NCBI GenBank assembly: GCA_040905425.1 | Contig: JBBDRO010000025.1 | Coordinates: 37,122 to 51,171, forward strand | Source: Gemmatimonadota bacterium | GTDB lineage: Bacteria; Gemmatimonadota; Gemmatimonadetes; Longimicrobiales; RSA9 | DNA: 14,050 nucleotides | Direction of reading: 5' to 3' | Part shown: piece by piece, positions 1 through 7,640 of the stretch | Layout of the letters: every line of letters starts with the position of its first letter | How positions within the stretch are numbered: position 1 is the first letter of the stretch | Position numbers and translations under genes: made by a program | The notes under the pieces: model-generated | Databases searched by the model: none | Told to the model about the DNA's origin: nothing | Seen by the model: the letters and a program-made list of their open reading frames with translations, nothing else

Positions 1-39
1 AAGCCGGTGTGGCAAGCCGGTGTGGCAAGCCGGTACGGC
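1..39. repeat. Tandem 13-bp repeat (AAGCCGGTGTGGC x2, then AAGCCGGTACGGC), probably truncated by the window edge
   Basis: Exact copies at 1-13 and 14-26, a 2-mismatch copy at 27-39, and a degenerate 12-nt unit AGGCGGCCTGGC at 40-51. The period is not a multiple of 3. Confidence 0.85.
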
Positions 40-102
40 AGGCGGCCTGGCTGGTGGCGGACCGTCCACTGGCACTGTTGGCATCCCTCGCCCGCCCCGC
101 CT

Positions 103-108
103 TACCTT
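103..108 (+). promoter_or_regulatory. Candidate -10 box TACCTT for a leaderless SRAP transcript
   Basis: TAnnnT hexamer lies 6 nt before ATG115 and there is no Shine-Dalgarno sequence. Possible -35 TTGGCA at 78-83, with a long 19-nt spacer. Confidence 0.4.
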
Positions 109-114
109 GCCGGC

Positions 115-783
115 ATGTGTGGACGCTATACCATCGTGGCCGGCGAGGAGGCCGTTCGCGATGCCTTCGACCTGCGGGACATCCCGTTCGCCTGGCGACC
201 CCGCTACAACGTGGCCCCCACGCAGCGGGCGCCGGTCGTGGCGCTGGGGGACGGCGGGCCCGCAATCGCGGAGCTCCGCTGGGGACTCGTCCCCTCGTGG
301 GCCAGGGACGCATCGGTGGGAAATCGGATGATCAACGCGCGCGCGGAAACCGCGGCCGTCAAGCCGGCCTTCCGCGCCGCCTTCAAACGCCGCCGCTGCC
401 TGGTCGTTGCCGACGGCTTCTACGAGTGGCGCCGCGGACCCGACGGCAAGATCCCGATGCGCATCACGCGCCGTGACAGCGCCCCGATGGCGTTTGCCGG
501 ATTGTGGGAGCGATGGGCTCCGGAGGATCAGCCGCACCTGGACACTTTCACCATTCTGACCATGGCGGCCGGTCCGCTCGTGCGGCCGATCCATGACCGC
601 ATGCCGGTGATCGTGCCGCCGGATAGCCGGGCGCGCTGGTTGGATCCGGATACGGATGCCGCCGCGGCGCTGGATGACCTGATGGCGCGGGACGAGGGCG
701 CGGAGCTCACGGCGTACGAGGTGTCCAAGCTGGTGAACGCGCCTGCCAACGACGTGCCGGCGTGCCTGGAACCGGTGGCGTGA
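115..783 (+). CDS. SOS response-associated peptidase (SRAP, YedK/HMCES family) abasic-site crosslinking protein, 222 aa
   Basis: Real start is MCGRY (catalytic Cys2) at ATG115. Motifs RYNVAPTQ, WGLVPSW, INARAET, RRCLVVADGFYEW (Glu) and IHDRMPVI (His) are present. Confidence 0.95.
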   Translation: MCGRYTIVAGEEAVRDAFDLRDIPFAWRPRYNVAPTQRAPVVALGDGGPAIAELRWGLVPSWARDASVGNRMINARAETAAVKPAFRAAFKRRRCLVVADGFYEWRRGPDGKIPMRITRRDSAPMAFAGLWERWAPEDQPHLDTFTILTMAAGPLVRPIHDRMPVIVPPDSRARWLDPDTDAAAALDDLMARDEGAELTAYEVSKLVNAPANDVPACLEPVA

Positions 784-803
784 GCTGACCCGTCGGGGCG
801 TTG

Positions 804-1424
804 CTAGGCGCCCTCCAGGATGGTCCGCACCTTGGTCACCAGCATGTCCACACCCACGCGGTTGTGTCCCCCGCCGGGCAGGATCACGTCCGCCCAACGC
901 TTGCTCGGTTCCACGAACTCCAGATGCATCGGGCGGACCGAGCGTGCGTACTGCTCCATGACCGACTCGGCGGTGCGGCCCCGCTCCGCCATGTCCCGCT
1001 GCAGTCGCCGCATCAAGCGCAGATCCGCGTCGGCGTCCACGAAGACCTTGATGTCCATGCGGCCGCGCAGCTCGGCATCCCAGAGGATGAGCAGCCCGTC
1101 CAGGATGATCACGTTGCGCGCGCCGGCCCGTCGGGTGGTAAGCGTGCGGGTGTGGTTGGCAAAGTCGTAGACCGGCACCTCGACGTCCTGACCACCGAGC
1201 AGGGCGTCCAGGTGCTGCACCAGGAGCGTGGTCTCCAGTGCGTCGGGGTGGTCGAAATTGATGTCGGCCCGCTCCTCCGCGGGCAGGTGCGAGGCGTCCT
1301 TGTAGTACGCGTCATGGTGCAGGACCGTGACCGCATCGGGCCCCAGCGCATCCACGATGCCGCGCACTACCGTGGTCTTGCCCGATCCGCTGCCGCCCGC
1401 CACGCCAATGACGATCCGTTCCAT
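804..1424 (-). CDS. udk: Uridine(-cytidine) kinase, 206 aa
   Basis: P-loop GVAGGSGSGKTT, DAYY, NFDHP, PVYDFANHTR, RRLQRDMAERGR and QY..SVRPMH.EFVEPSK..AD. The His in YDF..H matches uridine-accepting enzymes, whereas the cytidine-specific Thermus enzyme has Tyr there. Confidence 0.95.
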   Translation of the reverse strand: MERIVIGVAGGSGSGKTTVVRGIVDALGPDAVTVLHHDAYYKDASHLPAEERADINFDHPDALETTLLVQHLDALLGGQDVEVPVYDFANHTRTLTTRRAGARNVIILDGLLILWDAELRGRMDIKVFVDADADLRLMRRLQRDMAERGRTAESVMEQYARSVRPMHLEFVEPSKRWADVILPGGGHNRVGVDMLVTKVRTILEGA

Positions 1425-1446
1425 GGGCGGAGGAAGCGGCCCGACG

Positions 1447-2196
1447 CTACATGAAACGGAAGCTCATGCCTAGCCGGATGAGCCACATGTGGCTGGTTTC
1501 CGCTGCCACGAAACTGGACACGTCACGCCCACGGAGTTGGTTGATATCATCCGCCCGTTGGCTGAGGATCTCATCATCCCACCAGAGCACGAAATCCTCC
1601 AGCCCGAGCTGCACGGCAAAGCGCCGGTCGGAGAGCGGCACCTCGGCGTCCACGCCGAAGTTCAGGCCGAACATGGTCATGCGATCCTGCGCCAGGGAGA
1701 ACACGTGGTCGCGCGGATCGTCCACCACCAGGGCGGGGGCCACGAACACCGCGGCCGATACCGTGCGAAACTGGAGTTCCTCCTCCTGCTCGCGCAGGCG
1801 CATGGCCACACCGGCCTTGCCGATGTACATGTCGCTGCCATGGAACTCCGAGAACTCACCCTCCGCCAGCGAGTACTCCCGGGTGTCTCCGCGACGCACC
1901 CAGAGCGCCGAGCCGATGAGGCTGAAGCGTTCCCATACGCGCCCCTCGATGGACAGCCCGGTGGCTACGCCGGAACCGAGCGATGTATCCACCTCGTCGT
2001 AGGTTGCCGCAGCGGTGGTGTTGTGGAAGCTCAGCCGCTCCTCGGTACGGGTGACGCCAGGGGCCACACCGGCGTAGGGCGTCACGCGCAGGCGGGGTCC
2101 CCAGGGCGCTTCGGCCTGGAGCACGGGAAACTGGGCGGTAGCCGCGGTGGGCACGGCCGCCAGCGCCGTGAGCAGCGCGAGGACGGGTCGTCTCAT
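1447..2196 (-). CDS. Exported protein, probable outer-membrane beta-barrel, 249 aa
   Basis: Start ATG2196 is preceded by SD AGAGGAG. Signal peptide MRRPVLALLTALAAVPTAATA-Q. Alternating amphipathic strands (LRVTPYAG, GLSIEGRV, FGLNFGVDAEV, FAVQLGLED) and a C-terminal beta-signal-like WLIRLGMSFRFM. Confidence 0.8.
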   Translation of the reverse strand: MRRPVLALLTALAAVPTAATAQFPVLQAEAPWGPRLRVTPYAGVAPGVTRTEERLSFHNTTAAATYDEVDTSLGSGVATGLSIEGRVWERFSLIGSALWVRRGDTREYSLAEGEFSEFHGSDMYIGKAGVAMRLREQEEELQFRTVSAAVFVAPALVVDDPRDHVFSLAQDRMTMFGLNFGVDAEVPLSDRRFAVQLGLEDFVLWWDDEILSQRADDINQLRGRDVSSFVAAETSHMWLIRLGMSFRFM

Positions 2197-2267
2197 ATGG
2201 ATTCTCCTCTTAGAGATGGCCCGTCGCGGGGAGTCGACGGTGCCGGCATCGGCCTGACAGCCGACAA

Positions 2268-2295
2268 ATTGTGCCCGTGGCGGGGCGCGGCGCAA
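2268..2295 (-). promoter_or_regulatory. Candidate sigma70-type promoter TTGCGC-N16-CACAAT for the barrel-udk unit
   Basis: Read on the minus strand: -35 at 2295-2290 and -10 at 2273-2268, about 70 nt upstream of ATG2196. Confidence 0.4.
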
Positions 2296-2339
2296 GCAAG
2301 TAGTGGCGAGCCGGGTCGCGAGGCCCCATCCTGCGGGGC

Positions 2340-2780
2340 ATGCCAGAGACCCTCCCGCCCCCTGTTTCCGGCCGACTCACCGGTGCGTGCGCCGCGTGCG
2401 CAGGGCTTGCCCTCACCCTGGACGCCTGGGGCCTCGGATCCGGTGTTACAGCGCTCTGGAGCACGGCCTCGTGGCTCCATCTTGCCGCTGCGGTGGTCAC
2501 CTCCATCATCCTGGTCAGGGCTCTGACGCGTTGCCTGACGCGGGTCGTGACTGGCGCTCCCGGCACCCGGTGTGCGCCCCTGGCGGGCCTGGCCGCCGCT
2601 CTCATCCTGCTGGCGCTGAGCCGCTGGATCCGCGGCCATCCGGCGGTGCCCCCCGATCCTCCGGTCGTGGCCGCCGAAGCCCTGGCCCTGGTGCTCCTCC
2701 TGGTGGTGCACGCCCGGTCCAGGCCGGGTGGATCGCAACGGGTATGGTTCATGCTGTTCTCGTCACGCCTACGGAGGTGA
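2340..2780 (+). CDS. Small 4-TM hypothetical membrane protein, weakly DUF2231-like, 146 aa
   Basis: Four hydrophobic segments. The pattern D.W...W...W.L.AA followed by L.ALSRWIR...PP.PP....ALALVLL recalls DUF2231 proteins. It fills the gap between the barrel gene and the kinase, but the conserved DUF2231 HP and GGEL motifs are absent. Confidence 0.5.
   Translation: MPETLPPPVSGRLTGACAACAGLALTLDAWGLGSGVTALWSTASWLHLAAAVVTSIILVRALTRCLTRVVTGAPGTRCAPLAGLAAALILLALSRWIRGHPAVPPDPPVVAAEALALVLLLVVHARSRPGGSQRVWFMLFSSRLRR
2740..2755 (+). promoter_or_regulatory. Possible sigma54 -24/-12 promoter (GGGTATGGTTCATGCT) upstream of the kinase
   Basis: GG(2741-2742)-N10-GC(2753-2754) spacing with a partial match to TGGCACG-N4-TTGCW. 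Confidence 0.3.
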
Positions 2781-2812
2781 AAATACCTCCTTCCCATATC
2801 TTCCCGGAGCCG

Positions 2813-5443
2813 ATGTCGAGTTGGGTTGTCGGTCGGCGCGGCCGGGCATTGCCCTGGCTCGTGCTCCTACTGGTCTTGATTGCCACATACCTCATCGATC
2901 GCCAATGGCGGCAGGGGCAGGTGGCGGCCGTTGAGCGCGCGGAAGCCCGGGCGGAAGCCGGGGCATCCACGATCGCGGATGCCATCGGCAACGTGATGGC
3001 GGAGCGGATCGGCTCGCTCACCGCACCCAAGCTGCGCTTCACGCCGGTGGAGGATTCGGTCTCCCAGGCCACCTTCTCGGCCGCGGTGGACAGCGTCACG
3101 GGTGATCTGACCGGCCTCGACGCCATCTCCGAGGTGGGTATCGAGGGCCAGACGAGCGCCGGCCCGGCCGCCCTGCTCGGCCGCCGCGGCCTCGATCCGG
3201 CGACCGATACCGTGGTGCGTTACCCGTTCCTGCGGGCACTCACCACGAAGCGGCCGGCCGCCACCGTGCTCATTGAACGCGGGGGGCTGCGCCGGGTCAT
3301 CTATTTCGATCCCATCGTGCGTGGCACGGACAGCACCGTGATCGGGCTGCTGGCCGCCGAGATCGCTCCAGCCGCCATCTTCTCGGCGGCCCTCAATTCG
3401 CTCGAGAGCGATTCGCTCCGCAACAGCTACTACGCTCTGTACGGCCCCGTCGGAAAGCAGGTGAGCAACGTCCCCATTCCCCGTGGCTGGCCGCTGGTGG
3501 AGCGCACGGTGCGCGTGGCGGACGGCCACTGGATCGTTCGGCTGGCCTACGTGCCCCCGGACGGCACCCTGCTGGGACGTGCCCGCGTGGCCACCTGGGT
3601 AACCGGCATGGCGCTGGCATTGGCGCTCTTTGCCATTCTGGTCATTCTCCGGCGCACCGTGAAGTTGCAACGGGACGAGATCCGCCGTCGTGAGGAGGCG
3701 GAGCAGGAGGCGCGGCGAGCCGCCCGCGAGGCGCGCGCGCTGTCCGCCCAGCTGGAGGCTGCCCATGACGCGGCGCAGGGGCTGTCCACCTCGCTGGACC
3801 CCGAACACGTGATGGACTTCCTCCTGGGCACCGTGGCGGAGGCGCTCGACGCCGACACGGCTTCCATCTACACGTTCGATGACGAAGGTGAGGCGCTGGT
3901 CGGTCGCAAGCGGCTCATCCTGCGTGACCTGGGGCCGCAGCTGGAGCACCTGCGTAAGGAGGACATCCGCGAGGTGCACGTGCCAGCCGCCATGCTGCCG
4001 CCCCTGGCGGAGGCGGTGGCCACGGGCGAACCGCACGTGGTCGAGGATGCGGCCACCCCCGCGCACGTGAGTAGCTCGGCGCACGGAGTGCGTGGCGCCA
4101 CTGGCTGGGTGAGCATTCCCCTCAAGGTGGCGGGCCACCTGATGGGCGTGGCGCTCTGGGAGGTCTATCGTCCAGGGCATCGATTCAGCACCAATGACGT
4201 GGCGTTCGCGCGGGCGTTGGCGGCGCAGGCCTCCGCGTTCCTGCGCGCCGCCGACCTCTATGCCTCCCTCGAGGCGGTGAGTGCGCGCGCCACCTGGGAG
4301 GCCAGCCGCTTCGGCGCGGTCCTGGATCAGATGGCGGATGGCGTGGTGCTGGCGGATGCCGGCGGCCGGGTGGAACGCTACAACGAGACGGCGCGTGAAC
4401 TGCTCGGCGGGGAGCCGGACCATCGGGAGGTGAGCGATTGGCTGGAGGAACTCGAAATAGCCGGCGCCGATGGCCGTCCGCTGCCGCCCGCGGAGTCGCC
4501 GATCGCCCGTGCGCTCCGGGGCGAGCGCGTGCACCGCTTCACCCTCCGGGTGGGTTCCCCCTACGGCCACGAACGGGTGCTCTACGCCACCGCGGCGCCC
4601 ATCGAATCGGACGGCAGCGGTCCGTCAGGCGCGGCCATGGTAGTGCGCGACGTAACCGACGAACAGCAGTACGCCGGCATGCTGCGCCACACCAACCAGG
4701 AGCTGCGCAAGCAGGCGGCGCTGCTGGAGGAGGTCAACAGCAGGCTCCGTGAGGCCACCGCGACCAAGGACCAGTTTCTGGCCATCATGAGCCACGAATT
4801 GCGGACGCCCGTGAACGCCATCATGGGCTACACGGACCTGCTCGATCTCGAGGTCAAGGGGCCGGTCAACGATGCCCAGCGCCACATGCTCAAGCGGCTT
4901 TCCGAGACGTCACGCCACCTGCTCCGTCTCATCAATGAGATCCTGGATCTGGCGAAGGTGGCTTCCGGCCAGCTGGATCTGCAGCTGGAGCCGGTGGTGC
5001 TGAAGGACGTGGTGGAACAGGCCGTGGACCAGGTGGCGCCGCTGGCCGCGGCCAAGGGATTGGAGCTGTCCACGCACACCAGCGGCAACGGTGTCACCGC
5101 GGTGGCGGATCGCACCCGGCTCATGCAGATCATGGTGAACCTGCTCTCCAACGCCGTGAAGTTCACCGAGCAGGGTGGTGTGGAGGTGAAGTGGTCCGCG
5201 AACGGCGGCGGGATGGTGGAGCTGCGCGTCAAGGACACCGGGCCGGGGATCGAGCCCGAGCAGCAGGAGCGCATCTTCGACGAGTTCTACCAGGCCGAGG
5301 GAGGGCTCACGCGCAGCGTGGGCGGGACCGGCCTGGGCCTGGCCATCGTGCGGCGCTTCGCGGAGGCCATGCGGGGCAGGGTGCGGGTGGAGAGCCAGCC
5401 GGGCCAGGGCGCCGAGTTCGTGGTGGAACTGCCGGAGGCCTAG
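2813..5443 (+). CDS. Membrane sensor histidine kinase (TM-periplasmic sensor-TM-coiled coil-GAF-PAS-HisKA-HATPase), about 876 aa
   Basis: TM1 LPWLVLLLVLIATYLI and TM2 WVTGMALALALFAILVIL. GAF features (PLKVAGHLMG, F...D......LA.Q), PAS (VLDQMADGVV...VVRDVT), H-box FLAIMSHELRTPVNAIMG (His 4793-4795), N-box QIMVNLLSNAVKFT, G1 DTGPGI, F box RIFDEFYQ and G2 GGTGLGLAI. Start set at ATG2813; the upstream extension in the ORF track looks non-coding. Confidence 0.93.
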   Translation: MSSWVVGRRGRALPWLVLLLVLIATYLIDRQWRQGQVAAVERAEARAEAGASTIADAIGNVMAERIGSLTAPKLRFTPVEDSVSQATFSAAVDSVTGDLTGLDAISEVGIEGQTSAGPAALLGRRGLDPATDTVVRYPFLRALTTKRPAATVLIERGGLRRVIYFDPIVRGTDSTVIGLLAAEIAPAAIFSAALNSLESDSLRNSYYALYGPVGKQVSNVPIPRGWPLVERTVRVADGHWIVRLAYVPPDGTLLGRARVATWVTGMALALALFAILVILRRTVKLQRDEIRRREEAEQEARRAAREARALSAQLEAAHDAAQGLSTSLDPEHVMDFLLGTVAEALDADTASIYTFDDEGEALVGRKRLILRDLGPQLEHLRKEDIREVHVPAAMLPPLAEAVATGEPHVVEDAATPAHVSSSAHGVRGATGWVSIPLKVAGHLMGVALWEVYRPGHRFSTNDVAFARALAAQASAFLRAADLYASLEAVSARATWEASRFGAVLDQMADGVVLADAGGRVERYNETARELLGGEPDHREVSDWLEELEIAGADGRPLPPAESPIARALRGERVHRFTLRVGSPYGHERVLYATAAPIESDGSGPSGAAMVVRDVTDEQQYAGMLRHTNQELRKQAALLEEVNSRLREATATKDQFLAIMSHELRTPVNAIMGYTDLLDLEVKGPVNDAQRHMLKRLSETSRHLLRLINEILDLAKVASGQLDLQLEPVVLKDVVEQAVDQVAPLAAAKGLELSTHTSGNGVTAVADRTRLMQIMVNLLSNAVKFTEQGGVEVKWSANGGGMVELRVKDTGPGIEPEQQERIFDEFYQAEGGLTRSVGGTGLGLAIVRRFAEAMRGRVRVESQPGQGAEFVVELPEA

Positions 5444-5449
5444 CGGGCC

Positions 5450-6637
5450 TCAGGCCTCCCGGGCCACGGCCACCAGACGCTCGCCGGCCGCGCGCAGCGT
5501 CTCCACGCGCTTGCAGAACGCGAAGCGCAGCAGGCTGCGGCCGCCCCCTGGCTCGTGATGGAAGCTGGAGCCCGGCACGCCCGCCACCCCCGGTCCTCCT
5601 GCCGCACCCTCCGCGCCGCCCCCCGCCAGCCACGTAGCGTAGCTCACGTCGTCGCGCTCCGAGAGTTCGGAGAAGTCCGCCATTACGTAGTACGCTCCCC
5701 GGGGCGGGACGCAGCGGAAGCCCGCCTCCTGGAGGGCGGGCACGAGCGCGTCGCGCCGTTCCCGGTACGCCGTGGCCAGCCCCGCGTAGTAGTTGTCTCC
5801 GAGCAGCTCGAGGCCGGCGGCGCACGCCTCCTGCAGCGGCGCGGGCGCACCCACGGTAAGGAAGTCGTGCACCTTGCGGATGGCGGCCGTGAGATCCGCC
5901 GGTGCCACGATGGTGCCCACGCGCCACCCCGTCACGCTGAAGGTCTTGGAGAAGCCGCTCACGGTGATCGTTCGCGCCCGCATCCCCGGCAGCGAGGCCA
6001 GCGGCACGTGCGTGCCCTCGTAGAGAATGTGCTCGTAGATCTCGTCCGTGATGGCCAGCAGGTCGTGCTCCAGGCACAGCTCGGCTACGGCCTCGAGTTC
6101 GTCGGCGCGGAGCACGTGGCCGGTGGGGTTGTTGGGGGAATTCAGGATGAGGGCCCGTGTACGCTGGCCGACGGCGGCGCGCAGGCGGTCCAGGTCCAGC
6201 GCCCCGTCCGCCGCCAGCGGCACGAAGACGGGCCGGGCGTCACACAGGATGGCGTCGGGTCCGTAGTTCTCGTAGAAGGGCTCGAAGATGAGGATCTCCT
6301 CACCCGGGTCGATCAGCGCCAGGACCACCGCCGCCATGGCCTCCGTCGCGCCGCAGGTCACCGTGACCTCCCGCGCCTCGTCCACCGCCATGCCGTAGCA
6401 GCGGGCGTACTTGGCCGCCAGGGCGGTGCGCAGGCGGGGCGTGCCCCACGTGATGGCGTACTGGTTCACGTCATCAGCTATGGCACGGCACGCCGCCTCC
6501 TTCAGCACCTCCGGAGCGGGGAAGTCGGGAAACCCCTGGGCCAGGTTGATGGCACCGGTCTCCCGCGCCACGCGGGTCATGTCACGAATCACCGACTCGG
6601 TGAAGCCGTGGGTACGGCGGGCGGTGCGGCCTCTCAT
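5450..6637 (-). CDS. PLP-dependent aminotransferase class I/II (YbdL methionine / glutamine-kynurenine aminotransferase-like), 395 aa
   Basis: AINLAQGFPDF, NQYA, VTVTCGATEA, EPFYENY, NSPNNPTG, DEIYEHI, SGFSKTFSVTGWRVG (PLP Lys) and RFAFCK. ATG6637 has SD GAGGAGG 6 nt upstream and overlaps the FNT stop codon (ATGA). Confidence 0.93.
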   Translation of the reverse strand: MRGRTARRTHGFTESVIRDMTRVARETGAINLAQGFPDFPAPEVLKEAACRAIADDVNQYAITWGTPRLRTALAAKYARCYGMAVDEAREVTVTCGATEAMAAVVLALIDPGEEILIFEPFYENYGPDAILCDARPVFVPLAADGALDLDRLRAAVGQRTRALILNSPNNPTGHVLRADELEAVAELCLEHDLLAITDEIYEHILYEGTHVPLASLPGMRARTITVSGFSKTFSVTGWRVGTIVAPADLTAAIRKVHDFLTVGAPAPLQEACAAGLELLGDNYYAGLATAYRERRDALVPALQEAGFRCVPPRGAYYVMADFSELSERDDVSYATWLAGGGAEGAAGGPGVAGVPGSSFHHEPGGGRSLLRFAFCKRVETLRAAGERLVAVAREA

Positions 6638-7566
6638 GAGGCGCCTCCTCGCGCGCCCGCCGGTGGGGCCGACGCTCCTGGCCGGACCGGCCGCGGTGCG
6701 GCTCCGCGCAGATAGACCACGCGGTAGACCGCGCCGACCAGGAGGGAACCGCCGATGATGTTGCCGATCGTGACGGGCAGGAGGTTGCGCCACAGGAACG
6801 CGCTCCACGTCAACTCCCCGAAGGCCGCCGCGCTGGTGCCCGCGGCCAGCCAGAATTCGGTGCTCGCCCCCGCCTTCACGAGCAGCCCGGCGGGCACGAA
6901 GTACATGTTGGCAATGCTGTGCTCGAAGCCAGCGGCTACGAACGCCGTGATCGGGAAGACGATGGCCAGGATCTTGTCCGTGGTGGTGCGCGCGCTCAGG
7001 GTCAGCCAGACCGCCAGGCAGACCAGCGCATTGCAGAGGATGCCCAGAGCCACTGCTTCGAAGAACGTGAAGCGGACCTTGAGCGCCGCCGTGCCGAGCG
7101 CCGCCATGCCCACCGCGCCGTCCCCCATGGTGTGGTGCCCGCTCGCGAACACGAGGGCCACCGTGCCCATTGCGCCCACGAAGTTGCCCAGGTACACGAT
7201 CCCCCAGTTCCGCACCAGTTGGACCGTGGTCACCTTACCGTGGCCCCAGGCCATGACGATGAGGTTGTTGCCGGTGAACAGCTCCGCCCCACCCACGATC
7301 ACCAGGATGAGGCCCAGGGAGAAGACCAGTCCCGCCAGGAGGCGCACCAGCCCGTATGGGAGCACGCCGCCCGCGCCCGCGCTCACCGAGGTGGCAAAGA
7401 CGGCGCCGAGCGCAATGAAGGCCCCCGCCAGCACGGCCAGCACGAACATGGACGTGAAATCCATGGCCGCCTTGCGGGCGCCGATCTCCTCGGCCCGCGT
7501 GGCCATCTCGGCCGGCAGCAGGGCGTCGAGTTGCACCGTTGGGGGAGGAGGAGGGGGCTGCGTCAT
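6634..7566 (-). CDS. Formate/nitrite transporter (FNT) family channel, FocA-like, 310 aa
   Basis: DALLPAEMA..AE..G..K N-terminus, LAGAFIALG, FSLGLILV..GAELFTGNN, NW..VY.GNFVG, GILCN.LVCLAVW, DKI...FP...FVA.GFEHSIANMY, and NL.PVTIGNIIGG. Confidence 0.95.
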   Translation of the reverse strand: MTQPPPPPPTVQLDALLPAEMATRAEEIGARKAAMDFTSMFVLAVLAGAFIALGAVFATSVSAGAGGVLPYGLVRLLAGLVFSLGLILVIVGGAELFTGNNLIVMAWGHGKVTTVQLVRNWGIVYLGNFVGAMGTVALVFASGHHTMGDGAVGMAALGTAALKVRFTFFEAVALGILCNALVCLAVWLTLSARTTTDKILAIVFPITAFVAAGFEHSIANMYFVPAGLLVKAGASTEFWLAAGTSAAAFGELTWSAFLWRNLLPVTIGNIIGGSLLVGAVYRVVYLRGAAPRPVRPGASAPPAGARGGAS

Positions 7567-7603
7567 GGCGCCGTTGCCTGCTGAAGGTGGATGCGTCCCC
7601 GGC

Positions 7604-7632
7604 AAACTGGCTGAGCGTGCGGGAGGTGTCCA
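7604..7632 (-). promoter_or_regulatory. Candidate promoter TGGACA-N17-CAGTTT for the FNT-aminotransferase pair
   Basis: -35 at 7632-7627 (5/6 match to TTGACA), 17-nt spacer, -10 at 7609-7604, located in the 74-nt intergenic gap. Confidence 0.45.
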
Positions 7633-7640
7633 GCGCCCCG

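Noticed and set aside
1..51. CRISPR array
   Set aside because: The units are 13 bp and directly adjacent, with no spacers and no cas genes.
70..85. TGGCAC as a sigma54 -24 element
   Set aside because: There is no GC at the required -12 position (AT at 83-84).
7..114. N-terminal extension of the SRAP ORF
   Set aside because: SRAP requires Met-Cys at the N-terminus, and the extension runs through the tandem repeat.
2303..2812. 170-aa N-terminal extension of the kinase (1046-aa ORF)
   Set aside because: The translation is Arg/Pro/Gly-rich and off-frame-like, and it overlaps a more plausible membrane-protein ORF. TM1 follows ATG2813 directly.
6638..6808. N-terminal extension of the aminotransferase
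   Set aside because: It overlaps the FNT coding region, and a strong SD precedes ATG6637.
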